A stretch of 62,781 nucleotides of DNA, the filler included, from Stramenopiles sp. TOSAG23-2 (lineage: Eukaryota): NCBI GenBank assembly GCA_900128395.1. It is 13 parts of 13 records of this genome, joined end to end, with 100 filler letters (N's around TTAATTAATTAA, not from the genome) between each part and the next. Parts side by side here need not be neighbours in the genome. Positions count along the whole stretch, not along the records: positions 32,893 to 38,257 come from LT650685.1; positions 38,358 to 43,710 come from LT650686.1; positions 43,811 to 49,150 come from LT650687.1; 10 more parts are not named here. One strand, written 5' to 3'. The position numbers and the translations under genes were made by a program. Below are positions 36,401 through 46,515 of this stretch, one piece after another (within the stretch, counting starts at the first letter, position 1; each line of letters begins with the position of its first letter). Under the pieces are notes generated by a model, which had not been told where the DNA came from, ran no database searches, and saw nothing but the letters and a program-made list of their open reading frames with translations.

Positions 36401-37239
36401 AAGCTGAAGATATTGTGTTAGAACTGTTTAGTCGAACTAACGGTGAGGATGGTAAGATGGAGTTTTTTCGAGTAGTAGGTAGAGTTTTCTTCCAAGAAAT
36501 AGCTTTCGTTCCAAAGTCAGAAATAATGGAAAAGGGCAAATTATCTCCGAGAGGAGAAAAGCTCATTAAGAAGGTGGAAAAAGAATATAACGTATCTATA
36601 GAACCAATTCATGGCCGTATATCTCGTTTACAACATTATCTTGCTATGGAAGACAACACTATACAAAATGCATTGGAACAATTGCAATGTGATGTTTGTG
36701 GAGAATTTGGACATCATGCACGCGACTGCAAAGTTCCACGTATGAATAATTTAGCTCCTAGACGTTACGCAGTAGGAGATATATATGCATCTGGTGATCA
36801 AATTAGTAAACGTGATAGTAGAAAGATTCTAATGGAATTTCCCCTATTAAATAGGTATTCATACGAATACGAGGATAATTATCGGGATAGTCAAAATCCA
36901 GAGCGATTTAATTACACCGCAATAAAATTGACTGGTACTTTTGAAAATGTTAAAATGGCAAGCAAAGAATTAAAGGCAAATCGCCATAAAGTGAAAAAAT
37001 TCCCACCTAAAGATCAAAATGATGACACGGTTGAGTCCCGCGAAACAGATCGTGTTATGACAGATACGTGGTATGAATTCCAAGTACAAAGGAATCAGAG
37101 ATACACTACTTTACAAGATAGGCTTGATAGGGCTATCGAAAGGAGGAATAAAAAAAACGGCATTGCAAATGATCATAGTAAACAACAGGATGAAGACGAT
37201 ATTTTTGGGCACCAGGTAGATGAAGAAATATTTTTTTGA
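33436..37239 (+). CDS. Mitochondrion-targeted PPR-like protein with a C-terminal CCHC zinc knuckle
   Basis: Presequence-like N-terminus (..RFFHSTS..); PPR-like units PDVSTYQILLKQLFVEGEFDGA and GIQPNMETYN; CDVCGEFGHHARDC at 36688-36729. Confidence 0.72.
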   Translation: MWRFFVKKQSKIINNVLLKNNINNNIKMWNNNIRINSNNYRFFHSTSFNRYHRFSPLTTASSDTNNTVRKKIQYAVEKNKTYTFENKYRYTILRYLSLLEKQNLVTCNHYLFVLEACNLNVTDALTLLKRMEQYCNQSGEDYDNYATVNTYNMIMERCCHNSTEMWNLMLQYGINGLDPDVSTYQILLKQLFVEGEFDGAQKMYNQLPKNLISELSPDIEVVLNETGFLKNELLNEIRGEYFDKLNRLKNVTASREFLSLATKKDFIDNELYNKIKYQEPFLQLCADDSENIAFSTSKNHEVLHDKLLFDLLIEGNYDKVQKVLKSEATRMFYEKQQDNVNRLLHMNDDDWINQREKKIYKKLKYNRYDTFANDNNLTFSNMLLEKIEQNGVADAKLYNFFMLCYLTSDEMLEYLNYLNRKNIDLETVRNFGKTVDFQGLEYLVNVIQKENLKYFEENEREEREATLHAERTSMDGVVPLSINTPVVDLHDIIINQILLEGNYSKAKSVCKYGIKDAHVQKAFLTYIDGHENSYKTNANFRVYVLNRRLDHLAKCIDKDKVEQARYASKVHESPDAQLKAIYLNNTNEFLSTLADNNVDDLSSLYHALICDYGKERFDSYEMEQYVNTRNNTFLNIQQYNVYFQKLIDEGRFEDAILQLDLILATQTNKNGIQPNMETYNIFALAHHQNKKNNNSDWIESLKNNNYAKSIIKDMVIIDQEKTSDIMVDKKHTNRKKNSEFLSAEEWKKYNDLSPEELKYRRENYKEAFKEVTSDKEILPFLFHFTSSMETEEVLKYMFTNGYNIRSLHYKLLRNRYIAEGYFDKAKQCLSLEYKYKHTELDALRDLAKSTNEFANLIKVRKGGDRTRVGHHGSQLMNHMLGQRMNKLKEAMKNGDEDDILNVFHILNVDPYMRHLSRYRNLDLFICYDTVQADENCTLEFLDEIIAENFSDKRFERFGNKLLPDKGWFSAQRLYINFIKSRLETGNIKEAEDIVLELFSRTNGEDGKMEFFRVVGRVFFQEIAFVPKSEIMEKGKLSPRGEKLIKKVEKEYNVSIEPIHGRISRLQHYLAMEDNTIQNALEQLQCDVCGEFGHHARDCKVPRMNNLAPRRYAVGDIYASGDQISKRDSRKILMEFPLLNRYSYEYEDNYRDSQNPERFNYTAIKLTGTFENVKMASKELKANRHKVKKFPPKDQNDDTVESRETDRVMTDTWYEFQVQRNQRYTTLQDRLDRAIERRNKKNGIANDHSKQQDEDDIFGHQVDEEIFF

Positions 37240-38358
37240 GTAGTCTAAGAACATCAGAAAGAAAGAGAGAGAGAGAGAGGGAAAACTGATATATCAGGAT
37301 AGCTGGCCGGGCTGGATATATGCAAAGCGTCGAGGCACTTGACTAGAGCTAGCTAGCTACAAAGGCTGGATAGTAAAAATTTTTTTAACATAATCAGAAA
37401 GAATTCCACTTATCAAAATGTGGATAAATTTTGGAATATAAATAATAATAATATTATATCTATAATATGTCCACGTTTCTATCTTTCTCGCCACATTAAA
37501 CATGTTAATGTAACATACAATGTACACTTGCTTGCCCTGCTTGCCGGCTTGCGCACACACTCACACACATACACTCACACACACACAGACAAAACACACA
37601 GCAAAAGACCATATATAAGTTATATCCGGATAATAGATTCTTCTTTTTCAGGCCGGATTAGCAGGTACATAGCACTGATTATTCGTAGAGGTGCACTACT
37701 TTTGTGGATAATGGACACCATTACACCATTACACCATTACACCATTACACATTACAATCATTTATTAATAGGCATTTTTTTTCATTATACATTATACTAA
37801 TAATTATACCGTAACCGAGATGGAGGACACGTGCACGGAAAAAATAATCCCCTGTCCAGAAGCGTTCATGGGTGTATCAATTTGATTTTTATTATTTTAA
37901 GTATTTTATTTAATTTATTTATTTATATTAATTAGTATGTTTTTTTGTATTTTTATTTAATTATTTTATCTATTTGAATTTTACTTATTCAGAGTGCAAC
38001 GCTTCAAAGGGTCTCTCACATAATTAATGCAAAAAACGCCAAAAAAAAATGTTACCATGGGAATAGGCTTTAATTTAAGGTTAATTTCTAAACTTGTGCT
38101 TGTTACAATATTGAATTATAAAATTGTTCCTATGAACGAAATTTATTTTTTTTGATAGGTGTAATTTGGTATGTTTGTCTTGTTACATTATACATGTAAT
38201 TGTCCATATAGCACATTTCGGTATTTTATACTTGTTACAATATGAAAAATCGACGTGNNNNNNNNNNNNNNNNNNNNNNNNNNNNNNNNNNNNNNNNNNN
38301 NTTAATTAATTAANNNNNNNNNNNNNNNNNNNNNNNNNNNNNNNNNNNNNNNNNNNNT

Positions 38359-38832
38359 GATCGATATAATGTTAAAATATGTAATTTAGATTCTGTTAAA
38401 GATTTAAATGCACCAAAAGATGATGATGATACAAGTATAACAAGTATAATTGGTGTACATACGAAAAATTATGTTGCACCCGAATATTTAAAAGGTGGCA
38501 TTGCATATAATTTTAAATGTGATATATTTTCATTTGCAATGTCCATGTATGAAGTTGGTACTGGAAAAACACCATTTGATGGAATGACACCAGATCAGAT
38601 TTCATTTGAATTAATGTCGTTAAATTCACGACCTCTTATACCAGATAATATGTACGATTTAGTAGATGATAAATACATCAGATTGATGCGAAATGCATGG
38701 TCAACGGATCCATACCAACGACCAACCATGAAGAAAATTGTACAATACCTTCAAAAAATCTGTAATAAATCTGGACCTTCAAAATTGCAAGTTCCAACAA
38801 CAAACCAACCACCGCATTTTCGAACTATTTAA
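38359..38832 (+). CDS. TKL-type kinase-domain C-lobe, 5'-truncated; probable pseudokinase
   Basis: Open frame from contig edge: VKICNLD...NYVAPEYL..CDIFSFAMSMYE..GKTPF..AWSTDPYQRPTM. Confidence 0.85.
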   Translation, partial: DRYNVKICNLDSVKDLNAPKDDDDTSITSIIGVHTKNYVAPEYLKGGIAYNFKCDIFSFAMSMYEVGTGKTPFDGMTPDQISFELMSLNSRPLIPDNMYDLVDDKYIRLMRNAWSTDPYQRPTMKKIVQYLQKICNKSGPSKLQVPTTNQPPHFRTI

Positions 38833-39580
38833 ACTTAGCAAACCATTCAAACAAACCAGAATTATTATTTCTAACCATCAATAGCAACGTAAAAGCGTGG
38901 CAAAAATGCTGGATTTCATGTAAACAATGATAACATAATCAATTGTGGAAATTTAAAACTAGTTATATTAACATTAAAAATACAACTGCCTCGCTATACG
39001 ACCCAAAAATAGCTAATCATAGGTACATATTCCTTATACTACTAACTCTAGGCTTAAAACATAATTTTACAATTATTTTTAAGGACTCATGAAAAAATAC
39101 AGTCTGGATCTGCTGGTGAAAATATTTTTTCTTCAGCTTTTGATTAGCAAGTACATACTACCATTGAAAAATGAAAAAAAATTAGGAAATCGAAAACAAA
39201 ATCTGAGGTTCATAGTCGCTAGCAGTCAGATAGCATCGGAATATGTTACAACATGATCGCAGCACGGCATATTTCACCCTGAGCTGAGACCACCCGCCGC
39301 CGCAGACTTTTTTTTTTTTCTTCATCACTTTATTACTCTCTATTACTATTACTATTACCATGGTACTTACTATATACTAACTGGTATATCTTTATATCTT
39401 TATTATATATCTTTGGTTGTTGTGTTGTTGTTGCATCACATCACACCTTCTTCTCTTTATTTATACATAATAAAAAAAAGTAATAAACAAAAAAGTTAAT
39501 ATAATATATATAGAATAACACTGTCTATAAACCATATAATACATGGAACACACATAACAACGATACATAGAAATTTAACC

Positions 39581-41050
39581 ATGCATAATATAAGCACCCT
39601 TCCTAGAGTCATCCTCATTTTTACCATTGTATGCTTGGAAACTGCGAGTGGTACACGCGTATGCGACCCAGATGACGTTGCCTTTTCAATCGAAATGAAC
39701 GATTGGCGTGTAAATAGTGGTTTGCGAGCAATGCCAATAAGTAGTAGTTTAGTAGAGACGGCAAGAGCCCATGGTACAGCTGTGCCAACTGTAAATAATG
39801 GGCATGACTGGGCGCAGGATCCATCAGGAATGAATCGATGGTCAGCATGTAGCTACAATGCACAAAGTAGCAGTACACATAAATGTATGCAAAATAAGCC
39901 GAGAGAAGTAACGCTGGGAACATATACAGGAAATGGATATGAAATTTCTAGACGTGGAGGTAACCCGATTCAAGCATGGGATACTAGTTGGGGACACGAG
40001 CGATATATGATGAATTCGGGAGGCAATGTGGAAAATGCATTTGGTTGTTCAAAAGCTGGTTATACATCGTGTTGGCTAAGCGCCCAGTCGGAAGGTTCTC
40101 GACCAGATAATTGGGGTTTGTGTAAAGATACATCAAAAAGAAATAGTAGGTGCATGATTGATGGTATGTGTGATAAAGCTGGTCCTTGCGAGTGGTGTGG
40201 AGGAGGAGATTGGAAATGTTGTAAAGAAGGTGAAGTAAAAAATGGATGCGATGGTATCGAAGGGAGGAAAAATGCACATATATGCGTAGCTGGTGAAGAT
40301 CCTCCTAGTACTATTATTGGTATATGTAATGGACCGAATTGTTTTTATGGCACGCCTAGTGATCCAGAGAAATGGATTACTAAATACGACGAAAATAAAG
40401 ACGGAATTGTGGATCAAGGTGAATACAACAGAACGTTCACTAAAAATGCGAGGGAAACATTTAATGATTTTTGGAATGATGCAAAAAAACAAGAAGCAAC
40501 AGAGAGGTGGAGAGAAGGCGCCAGAAGACGCAGTTTGTTTTGGAGTACTTATGACACAAACAAAGATGGAAAAATTATTGCAGCTGAATTCGGTGTAGAT
40601 AATAATAATAATAATAAACCAAAAGAAGAAGAAAAAGAAAAAGAAAAAGAGGAAGAATTTGAAAAACAAAAAAAAGAAGCAGCACAAAAAAAAGCAGCAA
40701 AAGCGGTCGAAGATGAAAAGAATAAAAGAGACAATAACGGTGATAATTTAATTATATGGATTTTAATCATTTGCGCTGTATTTGCAATTATAGTATGTCT
40801 TGCATTCTTTTACATTTTTAATAGAAACAAGGATCATAGTAATGATGATGTATTTAAAGCATTTCAAAATGCAAGAAAAACAAGTGTGGATATAGAGAAT
40901 AATGATGATGTAAAAAAAGAAAATCAAAAAAATAATTATAATAATACTAAAAAATCAATTGAAATGCTTGCAGTTGCGCATGAAATAACAATAGAAAAAG
41001 AAGTTGATGATGATAATAAAGTTGTTGATAAAAAAGTCGGTAGTATTTGA
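39581..41050 (+). CDS. Type I membrane protein: signal peptide, CAP/SCP-like domain, Cys-rich module, EF-hand-like loops, TM
   Basis: MNDWRVNSGL..SSSLVETARAH, YTGNGYEI, W..SWGH; GPCEWCG..CC..NGCDG..HICV; DENKDGIVDQGE and DTNKDGKIIAAE; LIIWILIICAVFAIIVCLAFFYIF. Confidence 0.75.
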   Translation: MHNISTLPRVILIFTIVCLETASGTRVCDPDDVAFSIEMNDWRVNSGLRAMPISSSLVETARAHGTAVPTVNNGHDWAQDPSGMNRWSACSYNAQSSSTHKCMQNKPREVTLGTYTGNGYEISRRGGNPIQAWDTSWGHERYMMNSGGNVENAFGCSKAGYTSCWLSAQSEGSRPDNWGLCKDTSKRNSRCMIDGMCDKAGPCEWCGGGDWKCCKEGEVKNGCDGIEGRKNAHICVAGEDPPSTIIGICNGPNCFYGTPSDPEKWITKYDENKDGIVDQGEYNRTFTKNARETFNDFWNDAKKQEATERWREGARRRSLFWSTYDTNKDGKIIAAEFGVDNNNNNKPKEEEKEKEKEEEFEKQKKEAAQKKAAKAVEDEKNKRDNNGDNLIIWILIICAVFAIIVCLAFFYIFNRNKDHSNDDVFKAFQNARKTSVDIENNDDVKKENQKNNYNNTKKSIEMLAVAHEITIEKEVDDDNKVVDKKVGSI

Positions 41051-41382
41051 AAATGGCGTGTGTAATTATATTTTGTAAAAACCAATACAGGCTTTCACGA
41101 ACAGTGCAACAACCCACACAATTCTTCTCGTAATAAAAAATACAATATATACTTACCAAAGTTGATGTCATACACCTGTTGCTTGCCCTATATACTAGAC
41201 TATGATATTTTGTACTATGTTTACCTCCGTCCGTCTTATCATATACATAGATCTCTACTTATATCTGTGTCACATATTAATATATATATATATTATCATA
41301 CGTATTTATATACTATAATACATGTATAATATATATAAACATATATATATATATATATACCAAGAAACAAAGAACAATTATA

Positions 41383-42726
41383 ATGGTTGCCTCATCAAAG
41401 TTAAACAATAACGACAATGAAGAGCCAAAGATGACTCCAGAAAGGCGTAGAAAATTAACAAATTCTATTTTAAGACAAATTGCATTTCATGTTGCTACGT
41501 TAACTGGTGCGGGCACAGGTGGTGCTGGATTGTTCAACGAATATTGGTTAAATACCTTTGGTTCAACTGGCTTAGCAGCTGGCGTTGTTGCTTTGCAATC
41601 CTCTGCCATGACATACGGGGGAATTATTGAATTTTTAACTACACAAGTTACTGGATGTTTGACTGATAAATATGGAAGGAAGTGGGCATTCTTTGTATAT
41701 CCAACATTAATGACATTTTTTTCTTTTGGTACATTTTTATTTCCTCGTAATTTAAATATGATGTGGGCAAAAACATTAATACTTTGGTCCATAGGCGCTA
41801 TTTATGGCGGCATAGCTCATTCTGGCGCTGCGATGTCTGATATTTGTGATGGTGCAGAATTGTCTGCCGCATATTCCAAAATTTTTGCATATGTAGGTGT
41901 AGGTGTACTTGCTGGGCAATATTTAGGAAGTAAAGCATATGAATGGACTGGTCAAGCAAAATATTCTGCACTCGTTCAAGGATTTTTAGCATTGGCTCAA
42001 TGGTTACATAATTATTACTTTCTAGAGGAAACACATCCTATATCAAAACGCCGTAAAGAACCTATTACATTATCAGATTGTAATCCATTGCGATTTATCA
42101 AATTATTAACAGTCAACCCAACTTTAGCCAAATGTGCTTTGCATGTTCCATTGGCTCATTGTGCAGAAGGAAAACATACAAGTGCAATTCGTGATATGTG
42201 GGTACAAGATGATTTAAAGTTTCCATTGCCATTAAAATCTACATTTATGAGCTTTTGGAGTTGTTGTGCCATATCTGGTGGGTTAGTCGCATCAAAAATA
42301 GTTGCAATTATTGGAAGAAGAAACTTTACGACATTATCTACCTTTTTAAATGCAGCTGGATTTTATTTAGTGTCTAGGAAAGATATACCATATAGTGTAT
42401 GGATTGGGTATTTATTGATGTTACCAGGTTTCAACGCAAACCATTCAAGTGCTATGAAAAGTTATGCTACTGACCATGCAGTTGCATCTGGTTTTGGGAA
42501 AGGTGAATTTGCAGCTGCAATTGCTATCATGCGTGGAATGAGTGTAATTTTAGCAACACCAATTTATAGTTGGGCATATCAATTACAAAAGAATAGAGGA
42601 CAAACACCACGTCTTGCATGGTTTAGTGTCATTTTACTTGGTGCTGTAATTCCAGAAATATTACACAGGATGTGTACTGATGAAGAGTTGGAAAGTGCAA
42701 AGAAGAAGAAGAAGAAGAAGATGTAA
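41383..42726 (+). CDS. MFS transporter (TetA/MFSD14-like)
   Basis: About 12 TM segments; motif A GCLTDKYGRK; EETHP loop; repeat motif IGRR. Confidence 0.88.
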   Translation: MVASSKLNNNDNEEPKMTPERRRKLTNSILRQIAFHVATLTGAGTGGAGLFNEYWLNTFGSTGLAAGVVALQSSAMTYGGIIEFLTTQVTGCLTDKYGRKWAFFVYPTLMTFFSFGTFLFPRNLNMMWAKTLILWSIGAIYGGIAHSGAAMSDICDGAELSAAYSKIFAYVGVGVLAGQYLGSKAYEWTGQAKYSALVQGFLALAQWLHNYYFLEETHPISKRRKEPITLSDCNPLRFIKLLTVNPTLAKCALHVPLAHCAEGKHTSAIRDMWVQDDLKFPLPLKSTFMSFWSCCAISGGLVASKIVAIIGRRNFTTLSTFLNAAGFYLVSRKDIPYSVWIGYLLMLPGFNANHSSAMKSYATDHAVASGFGKGEFAAAIAIMRGMSVILATPIYSWAYQLQKNRGQTPRLAWFSVILLGAVIPEILHRMCTDEELESAKKKKKKKM

Positions 42727-42880
42727 AAAAAATTTGTGTGTTATGATATCTCTCATATACATACCATTTTATTATTTAAAAAATATTTAACATATCATAT
42801 TTAAAAAATGTATACGCATTTTAATTTATGATACTTTTTTACAAGTATCCTGATATAACACCTCTTTCCTTTATCTACTT

Positions 42881-43371
42881 TTACAAATTGGATTTTTTAG
42901 CAGCTTTTTTTTCACCAGCAGCAATACCACCTCGTATTAACTTCGGTAAATTGTCAATAGCTGCGCCCGCAGATGCCCAACTTGCTGACCACGTACAAAT
43001 ACATTTGTTTTTATCTTCAGTCAAAGGCATAACACATACATCAGCACGATATCCTTTCACGCCAAATGGGTTATCATCATTAATAATAGCATATGAAAAT
43101 GACATTTTTGTAGAAGTCACTTCACGTGCAACTTGTTCCTCAACAACTTTTTTTGGCCCAATTGGAATTGTACGTTTTGTACCGACAGCTGTCATTGCTG
43201 TGGAGCGTAGCGTATGAGTGAGTGATATGTTAGAGGGTGTCTCTTTTTTTGGAATAGAAGTTACTTACGTCCGTCTAACTCACGGTTGGTTCCAAAATCA
43301 ATTTCAGTAAAAAAAGCAGCAGCTGGTGCATTTACTACAATAACATGATTGTAACTTGATATTGATGCCAT
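42881..43371 (-). CDS. SRPBCC/polyketide-cyclase-like protein, two exons (43371-43269, 43197-42881), 139 aa, C-terminal SNL
   Basis: GTAAGT donor, CTAAC branch point and CCACAG acceptor define a 71-nt phase-1 intron (43268-43198) that keeps the frame; VGTKRTI..VVEE..FSYAI..YRADV.V.P..CTW. Confidence 0.8.
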
Positions 43372-43811
43372 ACTTTTCTTTGTATTATTTTTCTTCTTCT
43401 TATCCGTATACTATTATTAGATATTATAATTCTAACTTTTATCCTACCAGGTATGTTCTTTTCTCTGTATGTATATCCTTTTACATTTTACATCCATTTT
43501 TACCTGGAGTATCTTTTACTTCTACTTATATCCCATACATATCTTTTTTATAAATAATGATGAAAAAATATTTTTAACCCTATCAAATGTATCATATATA
43601 AGTATAATATATAATAGTCTAAATCGTTTGTTCCAGCAGACGACACACACGGTCTCCCACGCTTTTTTTTTTCTTCGTCGAATAATAATACCAGGTTAAG
43701 GTATTTCCACNNNNNNNNNNNNNNNNNNNNNNNNNNNNNNNNNNNNNNNNNNNNTTAATTAATTAANNNNNNNNNNNNNNNNNNNNNNNNNNNNNNNNNN
43801 NNNNNNNNNNG

Positions 43812-43943
43812 TTAAGACAGAAAGCAATCGATGCAACAAACGAGAGGAAGAAGAAGAAGAGCAATACAAAGGAAAGTAGTTTCAATGTTAAATCCAATAG
43901 TTCTGATGTTGCTGAAATTAAAATAAACATGGAAGAAGTATGA
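43812..43943 (+). CDS. 3' end of an unidentified gene
   Basis: Open frame from contig edge LRQKAIDATNERKKKK...NMEEV, then stop. Confidence 0.45.
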   Translation, partial: LRQKAIDATNERKKKKSNTKESSFNVKSNSSDVAEIKINMEEV

Positions 43944-43967
43944 TTTATCTCATATATGTGATATATT

Positions 43968-44094
43968 GATGGTTAAAATCTAAAGTGTTATTATACGAGT
44001 AATAATTTTACACTTCTCCGTGTTAAAAGTAATATGCTCAATACTCAATCGCAAGAATAATATGCTATCCTACTATAGTAAAGCTCTAATGCAC
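43968..44094 (+). repeat. Dispersed 3'-flank element, longest copy
   Basis: Contains all segments seen at 6745, 7162, 16159 and 55996. Confidence 0.8.
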
Positions 44095-44441
44095 CTCTGC
44101 AAACTAATACTCTACAAGCACAAGTAGGTTTCTATCCTTCCAACATGTTCGAACGTTGAACGCGTTGGACGCCGTATATATTTAGATGGTTTATCTCATT
44201 CGTGTTATTAAAAACAAATTCTGCCCTGAGAGTACCGATTTTAAATATACGAGCGTAATATTTAATTTACGCATATGATAATTTATTGTTTTAATTTACT
44301 CATGGTAATTTCTACTCTTCAAAAGAATACAATATAACTCTGAGAAATAAATATATATTCGTATATCCCACATCCCACCCAGTATTGTAAAATTTGAAAA
44401 TTTGAAAATTTACGGCATACACGCGCACAAGAAAACGCTCT

Positions 44442-45866
44442 CTATAATTTTTCAAAACTTGCTGTATATGTATTGCAATTTAATTCTACTACACCTGCCT
44501 TTGTCCACTTTCGTTGAAATATCCCGGGAACATCTGTTTCAACACAAGTAGAAGATGGATCTACTGGACTACCGAAATCATGATCCATCAAATGAGGACG
44601 AGGTAAGCCGTATTTTTGTGGTGGTAGTTCACCATGACGTGGCTCTGGATTGAAAGGCCATGTCATACCCCAGACACCATAGCCAACCCATGCATATGGT
44701 CCACGCGCCAGTAAGAAGAAAGCAATATCTATTTCTAACTGTGGATATGTAAACGTGCCGTTCTTTACTTGATGTGGTGTAGTAATCCCAAATAAATTTC
44801 CATATTTAAAAAAAGTCGAATCTTTTGAACATGCACTTCTTAATGCAGATGCACAACTATTGTTTGAAATACGACTTGGTGCGGCATTTGCATTATTTTG
44901 ATTATACATAAGACTCCATGTATATCCGTTGTTATCAAGGATATATTTCTCTACAGCAGACATAGTTTCATTCCAAGCCAATGTCAATTCTTTCACATCA
45001 GAATCACTTAAACCCATATCTTCTACTGATGTACTAACAATTTCAGTTGGACCTTGGGCAGGATCATTGCATGGGCATGCTGCGACTGAATTATTTGTCT
45101 CATTGCAAATTTTATCTGAACACCAAAAATCATCAATAAAAAATCCATCAATTGCATTAGAACCAAGGCCTGTAGTCCCACCTATATATTCTTTGATTAA
45201 AAACTCACGAAGCATCGTGCCATTTCTGTGATCCCATACATAACCCCCACATGGCATAGTACCACAATTACAACCATGTTTTGGATCGCATGCACCATCT
45301 ACATGCGGATGCGATGTAGTTGGTACAGCTGGTGATTGATTTTGGTCATGATAATATTTACTACATTTTTTTGGATCTTCTATTGCACATGGATTCACAT
45401 GAAATGGCGTTGTATCACTATTGTTGTTCCCACCATTTGGATGTAATTTTTCCCATTCTTCATATTTATCTCTATCGAAGTTTAAAAAGAATCCAGAATA
45501 TGCAGGATCATCTAATTTTTCTCGCACATGCTCCATCCATGGCATTGCCCAAACTAAATTTCGATATACAAATATTTTTGAATCTATTGCAACTCTTCTT
45601 GTTTTTTCTGCTTGAATTAATAAATTCTGTTCGCTATTCATTGGTTGCGCCTTTGCCCATAAATTTTTAGTATTGCTCCAATCATAACTAATAATACCAA
45701 AATGCGAAGCAGCAGTTGGAGATGAAAATCCGCTATCGTTACATTGCATCGTTATGGACGACAGTGTCATATTATATGTTGGCGGCCAAGTTGGATTTGT
45801 TGGTGGCATATAAGCAGTAATACCAATTACTAAAATTGAAAATATTGTTGATGTTATCAATTTCAT
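44442..45866 (-). CDS. Secreted glycoside-hydrolase-like protein (GHL15/GH168-like pattern)
   Basis: Signal peptide; SYDWSN, FVYRN, WDHRN, IDGFFIDD, AFFLLARGPYAW; C-terminal GIFQRKW..VELNC beta module. Confidence 0.6.
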   Translation of the reverse strand: MKLITSTIFSILVIGITAYMPPTNPTWPPTYNMTLSSITMQCNDSGFSSPTAASHFGIISYDWSNTKNLWAKAQPMNSEQNLLIQAEKTRRVAIDSKIFVYRNLVWAMPWMEHVREKLDDPAYSGFFLNFDRDKYEEWEKLHPNGGNNNSDTTPFHVNPCAIEDPKKCSKYYHDQNQSPAVPTTSHPHVDGACDPKHGCNCGTMPCGGYVWDHRNGTMLREFLIKEYIGGTTGLGSNAIDGFFIDDFWCSDKICNETNNSVAACPCNDPAQGPTEIVSTSVEDMGLSDSDVKELTLAWNETMSAVEKYILDNNGYTWSLMYNQNNANAAPSRISNNSCASALRSACSKDSTFFKYGNLFGITTPHQVKNGTFTYPQLEIDIAFFLLARGPYAWVGYGVWGMTWPFNPEPRHGELPPQKYGLPRPHLMDHDFGSPVDPSSTCVETDVPGIFQRKWTKAGVVELNCNTYTASFEKL

Positions 45867-46515
45867 TTTATTTATAATATTTTATAATCTCTATTTTATA
45901 TATTCACTGAAGAATAAAGTATGCCAATAAAATATGTCGAAACTTTCACAATTTATTTACAATTATTATTGACTTTATCTTGTCACTATTATATATCTTG
46001 TTCTAGATTCTAGATCGAAATAATACATTTTTTTATTTTTTTTTTTTTTGTTTTTATTATACGGATGTGCTAATTGTTGAGCACGTGAATTCTTCCACTA
46101 ACAATTTAATGCATTATTATAATGCATGATGATGTATATGTATTTACTGCTCTATTTCGGACAATTTGCGTTTTGAGATTAGGGTTTCAATATTTAATCC
46201 TATTATAATGCTAATTTGCGTAGTAAATTAGTACTTACATACTATATAGGGTTGTCTCAAATTTTTCGAAATAGAGCGGATTAAATAAAAATGGTTCATT
46301 TTATTTTTTTTATTATTCTTTCATATAAGAATTCCAATAATATATACATATATATTATTAGTAGAATTATTAGTTGCTATTATATAGTATGATTTACTGA
46401 TTTCACTGATACTATATGTATATAGATATACAATCAAAAACAAACCAACCATTTTAGAAATAGTAATAAATACACACAAGCACTCAGACGAGTACAGATA
46501 CTACAGAAAGGGAAA

